A DNA stretch of 64,000 nt from positions 155,830-219,829 of the forward strand of contig JAJFJA010000059.1 of the NCBI GenBank assembly GCA_021774445.1, in the 5' to 3' direction. This stretch comes from Alphaproteobacteria bacterium (GTDB lineage Bacteria > Pseudomonadota > Alphaproteobacteria > UBA6615). Positions within the stretch are counted from its first letter, which is position 1, and each line of letters starts with the position of its first letter. Both the position numbers and the translations under genes were made by a program. The notes beneath the pieces were generated by a model. The model saw only the letters and a list, made by a program, of their open reading frames with translations, did not search any database and was not told the origin of the DNA. Below, one piece after another: positions 56,550 to 64,000 of this stretch.

Positions 56550-56816
56550 ATGACGATACGCACGACCAAGAAAACAGTGACCTTCAAGCGGCCCTTCGTT
56601 TTGGTTGGGTTCAACGCGTTGCTGCCAGCGGGCGCCTATGTCGTCGAGACGGATGAGGAGCTTCTGGAAGGCATCTCGTTTCCTGCTTATCGGCGGAAAT
56701 TGGACCTGATCCGCCGGCCCGCAAAGTCCGGAAATCCTAAGCGCCGCCATGAGGTCATCGCGCATGCGCTCGGCGATTTCACCCGGCTGTCCGACCATGC
56801 GAACGATTGTTCATGA
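56550..56816 (+). CDS. hypothetical protein
   Basis: ORF beginning MTIRTTKKTVTFKRPFVLVGF; no recognisable domain. Confidence 0.3.
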   Translation: MTIRTTKKTVTFKRPFVLVGFNALLPAGAYVVETDEELLEGISFPAYRRKLDLIRRPAKSGNPKRRHEVIAHALGDFTRLSDHANDCS

Positions 56817-57010
56817 GCATTTCCCGACCGACAAATACGCTCGCCGATCAGCCCACCAGGGTCGCGTCCAAGCTTCGCCAGTGTCTTAGGTGCCAAGCCA
56901 GGTTCCAAAGCGAGTGGGCCGGCGAGCGAATCTGTCCTCGCTGCAAGGGTTCGAATGCATGGCGGAACGGCACGCCGCCTAGGTTCAGTCCTACCGGCAA
57001 TCGACGATAG
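56807..57010 (+). CDS. small zinc-ribbon protein (CxxC-x16-CxxC)
   Basis: CLRCQARFQSEWAGERICPRCK; tiny basic protein. Confidence 0.35.
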   Translation: MFMSISRPTNTLADQPTRVASKLRQCLRCQARFQSEWAGERICPRCKGSNAWRNGTPPRFSPTGNRR

Positions 57011-57089
57011 AGGTCCCCTATTTGCGAGGGCGATCTGAAGTGCGAAGCACGCCCGACGGCGCGCCTCGCGGAAAGGAGTTGGGTTAGCC

Positions 57090-57353
57090 ATGACATTGAA
57101 TTTTCCGAACGGCAGCCGGAGCTACGATGCCGCGAGAGACCGGATTCGCTTTTGGGGGCACGACAGCGCCCTGGAGATTCCGTTTTTCGTGGAGGTGGGC
57201 GCTCTTCAAAAGCTCAATCCGCAGACCGGGAACGTGGAAGCGGCGTATCTCGAGGCGTTTGATGCCGCGCGGGATCTGATCTACGAAACCGCCCGCAAAG
57301 TCTATTCGCGCGCCGGCAAAGGCGTCTACCTCTTGGCAGCGGGGGATTTCTGA
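57090..57353 (+). CDS. DUF1488 family protein
   Basis: MTLNFPNGSRSYDAARDRIRFWGHDSALEIPFFVE matches the DUF1488 N-terminal pattern as I recall it. Confidence 0.55.
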   Translation: MTLNFPNGSRSYDAARDRIRFWGHDSALEIPFFVEVGALQKLNPQTGNVEAAYLEAFDAARDLIYETARKVYSRAGKGVYLLAAGDF

Positions 57354-57439
57354 ACATGCCCCGCCCTATCCGAGCATGTGCCAGTTAGAGTTGGTGCCAC
57401 CGTTTGCAGCCTGTTAACGAGCTCGGTGCCTTTGGCTTT

Positions 57440-57808
57440 TCAGGCCGACCAGGCGGCCGTGCGACTATAGCTCAAGGCCATGAAGTCATAGTGGCTGTGA
57501 ATCAGGTCGAACTCGGCGGCGTGCTCGAAGGCTTCAGCGATGTAAAGATATTCGGCCACCTTGGGATCGGCCGCGGGATCTTCTTCATGCCCCTTGTCAA
57601 CGACGGCGTGGAGTTGAGCGTGCGTGATCGAGTCCTTGGTGGCGAAAAGAGTCACGTCCCAGCCGCGCGCCACCAGCCCCTCGGCAATATTGCTGGCCAC
57701 CGTCTCCCAGGCGCCGTATCGGCGAAGTGGCGTTCGCCACGCAACCGGTGAGAGGACAGCTACTCTCTTGTCGCGCTTGTTCATGCGGCGGGGCCTCGCG
57801 GCATCCAC
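57440..57808 (-). pseudogene. truncated duplicate of the 5' end of the GT4 gene at 54156..55214
   Basis: encodes RMNKRDKRVAVLSPVAWRTPLRRYGAWETVASNIAEGLVARGWDVTLFATKD... nearly identical to the GT4 N-terminus, then diverges and terminates. Confidence 0.7.
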
Positions 57809-58129
57809 CCGGCGACCGGCGCTTGATTAGGCGAACATGCCCTAAGACACCGGTTGGCCGAAGTCAAAGAATACCGGCTATGTCCGCTTTTCGACCTGGA
57901 GGTCCGCTCTACCTCGGACAGCCGACGCCCGCTGGGCGAGGTCGGCCAAGACCGGTTTTAACCCTAAGAAGACTTCGGTGAGCCAACAAGACGGGTAAAT
58001 CCGATGCCGCGGAGTCGGCAGCGTCGATTCGCGTGGCTCTGGACCAGCCAGCACAAAGAATGTTTTGGTACCCATGTGAAAGGGGAGCGGGCAGCGCGTG
58101 CGACCCTCGCTCAACAGGGATCAAACGCA

Positions 58130-59371
58130 ATGGACATCAGTGGGCCGCAACGTGGATTCTTAGGCTGGGTAAACCGTGCACCGGAAGGTTCCGCCGCGGA
58201 CTTGAAGCGCACCTATGGTCTGGCCCGGGTCGGGTTTCCGTTAGGTCTTTTCTCGCATTTCTCTTTCATTTTTCTGTTCTGGTTTCTCGACCTGCCGGTC
58301 ATGGCGCTGTTCAATGTGATTTCCGCGGGCTTTTTGACATGGTGTGTTTGGTCCGCCTGGACGTTGCGCGACCTCAAGCTGGCGACAACTCTAGCGCTTC
58401 TGGTCGAGATCCCCTTGCACGCCATTTTGGCCACCTACTACATGGGCTTTGCACCGTTCTTCGTTGCATTTCTCCTGTTTCCGGTGATGCTGATGCCGTT
58501 GTTACCGTTCTTCGACCGCGGGACCCGCCTCGGTCTCAGCTTCACCTATGCGGCGGTTTTTGTCATCGTCGGCGCGGTCTCCATTGGCGCGGAGCCTGTG
58601 CACCCGCTGTCCACCTCCTGGAACGTTTTCTTTCTAATTTTCAACGCTGTCCCAGTGGTATCCTTCATAGGTATTTTTGCAGCGATCTATGAGACCGCAG
58701 TTACCTCCGCCGAAGAAAAACTGGCGCTCGAATTCGACCGCGCCGAGGGCCTACTGCTCAATATCCTACCCGCTCCCATCGCAGCCCGGCTGAAAGATAA
58801 TCCCGGATTGATCGCCGACGAACATCCGCAGGTGTCGGTCCTGTTCGCCGACATTGTGAACTTCACCGAAACCTCAGACAGGATGGCGCCATCCGACCTT
58901 GTGCAAACACTGAATGCGGCCTTTTCTCGATTTGACGCGCTGGTCGAGAAACATGGGTGTGAGAAGATCAAGACCATCGGCGACGCCTATATGGTCGCAT
59001 CGGGCCTGCCGGAACCGCGCGCTGATCACGCTGATGCCATGGTAGCCCTGGCGCTCGACATGATCGATGTGGCGGATGAGATCAACAGGTCGGGAGAATT
59101 TCCGTTTTCCCTGCGCATCGGGATCAATTCCGGCCCGGTAGTAGCCGGTGTGATCGGCGACCGAAAGTTCGCTTACGACCTCTGGGGTGACACGGTAAAT
59201 GTGGCATCGCGCATGGAGTCCCATGGCCGCCCCGGCCTGATCCAAATTACAGAAACCACGCGCGTCCAACTGGATAATACCGTCCAAGTGGACCCTCTCG
59301 GAAATGTCGACATCAAGGGGAAAGGCAGCATGCCTACCTATGCTGTGGCCGGACGACGGCAGACAGTCTAA
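58130..59371 (+). CDS. membrane-anchored class III adenylate/guanylate cyclase (6-TM plus CHD)
   Basis: six predicted TM helices then cyclase domain (VSVLFADIVNFTE, KIKTIGDAYMVASGLPEP, WGDTVNVASRME); ATG at 58130 inside ORF 58004..59371; lower GC. Confidence 0.8.
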   Translation: MDISGPQRGFLGWVNRAPEGSAADLKRTYGLARVGFPLGLFSHFSFIFLFWFLDLPVMALFNVISAGFLTWCVWSAWTLRDLKLATTLALLVEIPLHAILATYYMGFAPFFVAFLLFPVMLMPLLPFFDRGTRLGLSFTYAAVFVIVGAVSIGAEPVHPLSTSWNVFFLIFNAVPVVSFIGIFAAIYETAVTSAEEKLALEFDRAEGLLLNILPAPIAARLKDNPGLIADEHPQVSVLFADIVNFTETSDRMAPSDLVQTLNAAFSRFDALVEKHGCEKIKTIGDAYMVASGLPEPRADHADAMVALALDMIDVADEINRSGEFPFSLRIGINSGPVVAGVIGDRKFAYDLWGDTVNVASRMESHGRPGLIQITETTRVQLDNTVQVDPLGNVDIKGKGSMPTYAVAGRRQTV

Positions 59372-59625
59372 CAGCGCTGCAGTACTAATGACAAGCATCG
59401 CCGAATCTCGGCTCAGTGACCGCTGTTCGCTACAAGCCGAAGCCCAGAGTAACTGTCCGTTTGGTCCGCTTCTGCCCCGAAGCGGGCATTGGGGGCGAAT
59501 CGCGCTAAACGTCGGCCAACGCCCCCTGCCAATGTTGCGGATTGCGTCTATCCTGACGCTTTGGAACGGGTTAGGCAGGGGCGCTTCTTGCTGTAGGACG
59601 AGGAACGGGGACGTATCGTGCCGTT

Positions 59626-59712
59626 CAAATCCGTGATCCGCTCGCGGTCGTTGCCGAGCGACCTAAGTACTTAAGGTATACTTAAAATAAAAAACTCTCC
59701 GCTTCAAACAAA
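59626..59712. repeat. direct repeat copy 2 (about 87 bp) followed by an AT-rich tract
   Basis: see copy 1 at 55658..55743. Confidence 0.7.
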
Positions 59713-59885
59713 GAAGGAAGTAAATTGGCATTATATTTCGCCTGTTGTTTCGCTTACGGCAAGTCTATAGAAGGAAATAAACGAATTCCGCCGCAAAAAG
59801 AGCGACCATTACGGAAGCAGAACCCATGAAAAAGCCTACTATCATGCGGGTTTCTAGACGCTGTTGGAACTTCTTGGACGGTAAT

Positions 59886-59961
59886 TGGTGGAGCCGAGGG
59901 GAATCGAACCCCTGACCTCGACATTGCGAACGTCGCGCTCTCCCAACTGAGCTACGGCCCC
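59886..59961 (-). tRNA. tRNA-Ala (anticodon CGC)
   Basis: reverse complement GGGGCCGTAGCTCAGTTGGGAGAGCGCGACGTTCGCAATGTCGAGGTCAGGGGTTCGATTCCCCTCGGCTCCACCA; G3:U70 pair, anticodon loop TTCGCAA, encoded CCA. Confidence 0.9.
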
Positions 59962-60129
59962 ATCATGGGTTATCTCAGCCGCCCCCGGGGGCGGGGGCTA
60001 GGCGCGAGACGGCGGGATAATGGGGCCGGGCTGCAAACCCTGTCAAGCCCGTGAACGGAGCCAGGCTAGACACCCCTCGGAGCCAGCGTTAGTCTGCCGC
60101 GACCTTCAGACTCGGGGTATTAGCAGGCG

Positions 60130-60408
60130 ATGCAATCCTTACTCTGGCTACTAGATACCGTCATCGGTCTATACATCACCGCCCTGATTGTTTCTGTGGT
60201 GTTGAGTTGGCTCGTCGCTTTCAACGTGGTCAACACGACCAACCGCTTCGTCTACATGGTCGGCGATTTTCTCTACCGCATGACCGAGCCTGCGCTCGGC
60301 CGTATTCGCCAGGTCGTACCCAATCTTGGCGGCATCGACATCTCGCCCTTGATTCTCATCCTCGGTTTGGCCTTTGTCCGCCGGCTCTTGCCCGAGATAC
60401 TCTTGTAA
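60130..60408 (+). CDS. yggT: YggT family membrane protein
   Basis: 92-aa two-TM protein with YggT-like sequence. Confidence 0.75.
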   Translation: MQSLLWLLDTVIGLYITALIVSVVLSWLVAFNVVNTTNRFVYMVGDFLYRMTEPALGRIRQVVPNLGGIDISPLILILGLAFVRRLLPEILL

Positions 60409-60414
60409 CGGCGC

Positions 60415-60810
60415 GTGGCGACGGCCGGAAAACCCTCCCGAACTTTGCCTTGGCGCGCCGCTCCCGACGGCGTCCGTGTCGCGATTCGGGTCACTCCGAA
60501 ATCTTCTCGTGCCAAGATCGGCGGCGTAACCGATCTGGCCGCCGGCGGCGTCGCGATTAAGGTTCATGTCAACGCGCCGCCCGAAGGCGGCAAGGCCAAT
60601 GCCGCGGTATTGCACCTGCTGGCAAAAACCTGGCGGATTCCGAAAACCGCCTTGTCCGTGACGACCGGCGCCGCCGGCCGCACCAAGACCGTCCATATCG
60701 CCGGCACCCCGGAGATCTTGCTGGCCGATCTAGCGGCGTGGCTGGACAACGCCGACGCGGCGGGCCAAAAACCCGGCATGAATGACCCGACGAGAGAGCC
60801 TAACCGATGA
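60415..60810 (+). CDS. DUF167 (YggU) family protein
   Basis: [27 protein letters not shown]...[15 protein letters not shown] core. Confidence 0.65.
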   Translation: MATAGKPSRTLPWRAAPDGVRVAIRVTPKSSRAKIGGVTDLAAGGVAIKVHVNAPPEGGKANAAVLHLLAKTWRIPKTALSVTTGAAGRTKTVHIAGTPEILLADLAAWLDNADAAGQKPGMNDPTREPNR

Positions 60811-61733
60811 CCAGCCCCGCACATGCCGCCAAGATCATCGACGGCAAGGCCTTCGCCGAAGCACTACGCGGGCGCATCGGTGCGCATGTTACCCGGCTCG
60901 GCCGACAACACGGTTTGGTGCCTGGCCTCGCCGTCGTCCTGGTCGGCGAGGACCCGGCCAGTCAGGTCTATGTACGCAGCAAGGGCCGGCAGGCCGAAGC
61001 CTGCGGCATTCGGTCCATCGACCATCGGTTGGCCGCCGACACCACCGAGGCGGACCTCCTCGCCCTGGTCGAGCAGCTCAACCAGGATCCCGCCATCCAT
61101 GGCATTCTGGTACAGCTTCCCCTACCGCCGCAGATCGACCCGGCCAGGGTCATCAACGCCATCGCCCCCGATAAGGACGTTGACGGCTTTCACGTGATCA
61201 ACGCCGGCCGGCTCGCCACCGGCCAGCGCACTGGACCCGAGGCGGCCACGGTCCCGTGCACGCCGCTCGGCGCCCTGATGCTGCTGCGCGACCGTCTCGG
61301 CGACCTCATCGGGCGTGATGCCCTGGTCCTCGGCCGCTCCAACATCGTCGGCCGCCCGATGGCGCAATTGCTGATTCAGGAGAGTTGCACGGTCACGGTC
61401 GCCCATTCCAAGACCCAAGACCTGGCGGCGAAATGCCGCGCCGCCGACATCCTGGTCGCCGCCGTCGGCCGGCCGGAGTTGGTGCGCGGTGATTGGATCA
61501 AGCCCGGCGCCACGGTTATCGATGTCGGCATCAACCGTATTTCGGCACCGACGCCGGAAAAGCCCGACGGCACCCGGCTGGTCGGCGACGTCGCTTTCGC
61601 CGAGGCGATAGAGATCGCCGGCGCTATCACGCCGGTGCCGGGCGGCATCGGACCCATGACCATCGCCTGTTTGCTGGCCAACAGCTTGACCGCCGCCTGT
61701 CGCCAGAACGGGCTAGCGCCACCGCAACTTTAG
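60807..61733 (+). CDS. folD: bifunctional methylenetetrahydrofolate dehydrogenase/cyclohydrolase
   Basis: [43 protein letters not shown]. Confidence 0.9.
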   Translation: MTSPAHAAKIIDGKAFAEALRGRIGAHVTRLGRQHGLVPGLAVVLVGEDPASQVYVRSKGRQAEACGIRSIDHRLAADTTEADLLALVEQLNQDPAIHGILVQLPLPPQIDPARVINAIAPDKDVDGFHVINAGRLATGQRTGPEAATVPCTPLGALMLLRDRLGDLIGRDALVLGRSNIVGRPMAQLLIQESCTVTVAHSKTQDLAAKCRAADILVAAVGRPELVRGDWIKPGATVIDVGINRISAPTPEKPDGTRLVGDVAFAEAIEIAGAITPVPGGIGPMTIACLLANSLTAACRQNGLAPPQL

Positions 61734-61788
61734 GTCACGGCACCCCGCCATGGCCTACCTTGCGTCCGACGACGTCGCTAAGGGATAA

Positions 61789-62490
61789 TTGCCGATGCTC
61801 GACAGCCTGAATGCGCTCCTCGCCGCGGCGACGCTATTTGTCGGCGGCCACTTCTTACTCTCCAGCACGCCGCTCCGCGGCAAACTCATTCAGCGCTTAG
61901 GCGACGGCTTTTTCCGCCTGCTCTACGCGGCCGTCGCCCTGGGCAGCTTCCTGTGGATGATCCTGGCTTACGCCGGCGCCCCCCGCGATGTCGTACTCTG
62001 GTCGGCCGCACCGGCGCTTGCCTGGGTACCGGTCATCGTCATGCCCTTCGCGCTGATCCTCGCGGTATGCGGCGTCACCACCCCGTCGCCGACCGGCATC
62101 GGCGGCGGTCAGCAGGTCGCCGGTCGCCCGGCGGTGGGCATTGTGACGATCACCCGCCACCCCTTCCTGTGGGGCGCGACCCTGTGGGCTGCCAGCCACC
62201 TTATCGCCAATGGCGACACCGCCAGTTTCATTCTCATGGGGAGCATCTTGGTTCTCAGTCTTGGCGGCATGGTCCATATCGACCGCCGGCGCGAGCTGAG
62301 CCTGGGCTCCGGATGGGGGCCAATTGCCTTGACCACCAGCATCGTCCCTCTGGAGGCGGTTGTGACCGGACGTACCGAGATCGATTGGGCCGGCATCGGC
62401 TGGCGGCGTCCGCTGATCGCCCTGCTGATCTATGGGCTGCTGCTCGGCGGCCACCCACACATTATCGGCGTCAGCGCCCTGCCGTTCTAG
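61789..62490 (+). CDS. NnrU family membrane protein
   Basis: polytopic membrane protein with NnrU-like sequence (HPFLWGATLWAASHLIANGD). Confidence 0.65.
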   Translation: MPMLDSLNALLAAATLFVGGHFLLSSTPLRGKLIQRLGDGFFRLLYAAVALGSFLWMILAYAGAPRDVVLWSAAPALAWVPVIVMPFALILAVCGVTTPSPTGIGGGQQVAGRPAVGIVTITRHPFLWGATLWAASHLIANGDTASFILMGSILVLSLGGMVHIDRRRELSLGSGWGPIALTTSIVPLEAVVTGRTEIDWAGIGWRRPLIALLIYGLLLGGHPHIIGVSALPF

Positions 62491-62623
62491 GGCCCGGCAC
62501 GCGGGCCGGCGCCAAACAGCGTGGCGATCCACCCAGGTCAGGCCACGGCGGGCCGGGGCATCTGGACGACGTAGCGCCCCCACAACGGCGGCGGCGGGAA
62601 ACCCGAATCGCGCCGATCCCGCT

Positions 62624-63832
62624 CTAACCGCGCGCCGCCTTGGCCAGACGCAGCCGCAACGCATTCAGTTTGATAAAACCGGCCGCGTCGCGCTGGTCGT
62701 AGACGTCGTCATCCTCGAAGGTCACATGTTCCAACGAATAGAGGCTGTCCGGGGACGACCGCCCGACGACGCTCACGCTGCCCTTGTAGAGCTTCAGCCG
62801 CACCATGCCATTGACCCGTTCCTGGCTCCTGTCGATCAGCGCCTGCAGCATTTCGCGCTCCGGCGAGAACCAGAAACCGTTGTAGATCAGCGACGCATAG
62901 CGCGGCATCAACTCGTCTTTGAGATGCGCGGCTTCCCGGTCGAGCGTCAGTGACTCGATGCCGCGGTGGGCCGCCAGCAACACCGTGCCTCCAGGCGTCT
63001 CATAGACCCCCCGCGACTTCATGCCGACGAAACGGTTCTCCACCAGATCCAAGCGGCCGATCCCATTGGCGCCACCCAACTCGTTGAGCCGCGTCAACAG
63101 GGTTGCGGGGCTAAGCTTCACCCCGTCGACCGCCACCGCATCGCCACCCTCGAAGCCGATTTCCACATAGGTCGGCCTATCCGGGGCCGCTTCCGGCGCC
63201 ACACTGCGCGAATAGACGAATTCCTCCGGCTCATGCGCCGGATCTTCCAATGCTTTGCCCTCGGCCGAGATGTGCAGCAGATTGGCATCCACCGAAAACG
63301 GCGCTTCCCCGCGCTTGTCCTTGGCGATGGGGATCTGATGCTGCTCGGCGAATTCGATCAGCTTGGTCCGCGACGTCAGTTCCCATTCCCGCCACGGCGA
63401 GATCACCTTGATGTCCGGCTTCAGCGCATAATAGCCCAGCTCGAAGCGGACCTGGTCGTTGCCCTTGCCGGTCGCCCCGTGGGCGACCGCATCGGCGCCG
63501 GTCAACTCGGCGATCTCGATCTGCCGCTTGGCGATCAACGGCCGCGCGATCGAGGTTCCCAGCAGATAGACCCCCTCATAGACCGCGTTGGCCCGGAACA
63601 TCGGGAACACATAGTCGCGCACGAAGGTCTCGCGCAGATCTTCGACGAAGATCTCCTCGACCCCCAGCATTTCCGCCTTGCGCCGCGCCGGTTCGACTTC
63701 CTCTCCCTGACCGATATCGGCGGTAAAGGTCACGACCTCGCAATCATAGGTCTGCTGCAACCACTTCAGGATAACGCTGGTGTCCAGACCTCCCGAATAG
63801 GCCAACACCACTTTCTTTACATTGCTCGCCAT
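62624..63832 (-). CDS. argG: argininosuccinate synthase
   Basis: [11 protein letters not shown]-loop, full-length ArgG similarity; ATG at MASNVKK chosen inside longer ORF. Confidence 0.9.
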   Translation of the reverse strand: MASNVKKVVLAYSGGLDTSVILKWLQQTYDCEVVTFTADIGQGEEVEPARRKAEMLGVEEIFVEDLRETFVRDYVFPMFRANAVYEGVYLLGTSIARPLIAKRQIEIAELTGADAVAHGATGKGNDQVRFELGYYALKPDIKVISPWREWELTSRTKLIEFAEQHQIPIAKDKRGEAPFSVDANLLHISAEGKALEDPAHEPEEFVYSRSVAPEAAPDRPTYVEIGFEGGDAVAVDGVKLSPATLLTRLNELGGANGIGRLDLVENRFVGMKSRGVYETPGGTVLLAAHRGIESLTLDREAAHLKDELMPRYASLIYNGFWFSPEREMLQALIDRSQERVNGMVRLKLYKGSVSVVGRSSPDSLYSLEHVTFEDDDVYDQRDAAGFIKLNALRLRLAKAARG

Positions 63833-64000
63833 GACTTTACTTGGACCCGCGTGACTAGAGTGCGCGCGAGTATAGGCACAGGACCGGCGAGGGCAAGAAC
63901 GGCGGCCGGTCAGGCCGGCGCCACCAGATCCGCCGCCAACCGCTCCACCGCCGACAACCGCCGGCTTGCCGATTTGAGCTGCCCACAAGCCGCCAGGATA

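Noticed and set aside
58874-59398. 174-aa minus-strand ORF
   Set aside because: Antisense to the 3' end of the membrane cyclase gene.
59886-59961. tRNA 3'-end duplication as an island attachment site
   Set aside because: Looked for a second copy of the tRNA-Ala 3' segment (ggggaatcgaacccctgacc...) within 54.8-59.9 kb and found none. The direct repeats present are not tRNA-derived, so classical tRNA-att integration cannot be claimed.
61897-62664. 255-aa minus-strand ORF
   Set aside because: Antisense to nnrU; Arg/Ala/Gly-rich shadow frame.

Overview
High-GC (about 65-67% by eye) chromosomal segment, most likely from an alphaproteobacterium. It is gene-dense on both strands, and most long ORFs running antisense to real genes are GC-driven shadow ORFs. 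Main content in order: (1) a fully contiguous cytochrome c maturation System I cluster ccmABCDEFGHI (0.3-7.8 kb) with overlapping start/stop codons. (2) A FrcBCA-like sugar ABC transporter with a divergent ROK regulator. (3) A CHASE2 adenylate/guanylate cyclase paired with a secreted FecR-domain protein that carries an unusual Arg/Asp/Gly-rich tail. (4) A carbohydrate-type accessory locus: aldo/keto reductase, formylglycine-type sulfatase, and a complete nickel-pincer-nucleotide cofactor set (LarA homologue plus LarC, LarE, LarB), followed by a two-subunit molybdopterin aldehyde oxidoreductase and an AraC regulator. (5) A lower-GC patch holding an orphan C39-like papain-fold peptidase, a heptosyltransferase, an orphan TadE/TadE/TadG pseudopilin triad and a GST. 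(6) A copper and respiration island: a small Cys/His-rich membrane protein with a possible YHS/TRASH-like metal-binding motif, Met-rich secreted proteins, a CopA P1B-ATPase, a YVTN beta-propeller, a stand-alone Rieske protein, a CBS-BON protein and a cytochrome c; an OmpR-type two-component system; and a B-family (ba3-like) heme-copper oxidase operon with an embedded membrane-tethered azurin-like cupredoxin carrying a long Met-rich repeat region, followed by heme O synthase. (7) A NarL-type two-component system with a Cys-cluster sensor. (8) A GT4 / GT4-fusion / GH130 glycoside operon. (9) A mosaic islet abutting tRNA-Ala(CGC), with a decayed tyrosine-recombinase tail, about 87-bp direct repeats, AT-rich stretches, a 413-bp duplicated fragment of the GT4 gene 5' end, DUF1488, zinc-ribbon and hypothetical genes, and a membrane class III cyclase. 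(10) Housekeeping genes yggT, DUF167, folD, nnrU, argG. No CRISPR array, rRNA or intact transposase was seen.
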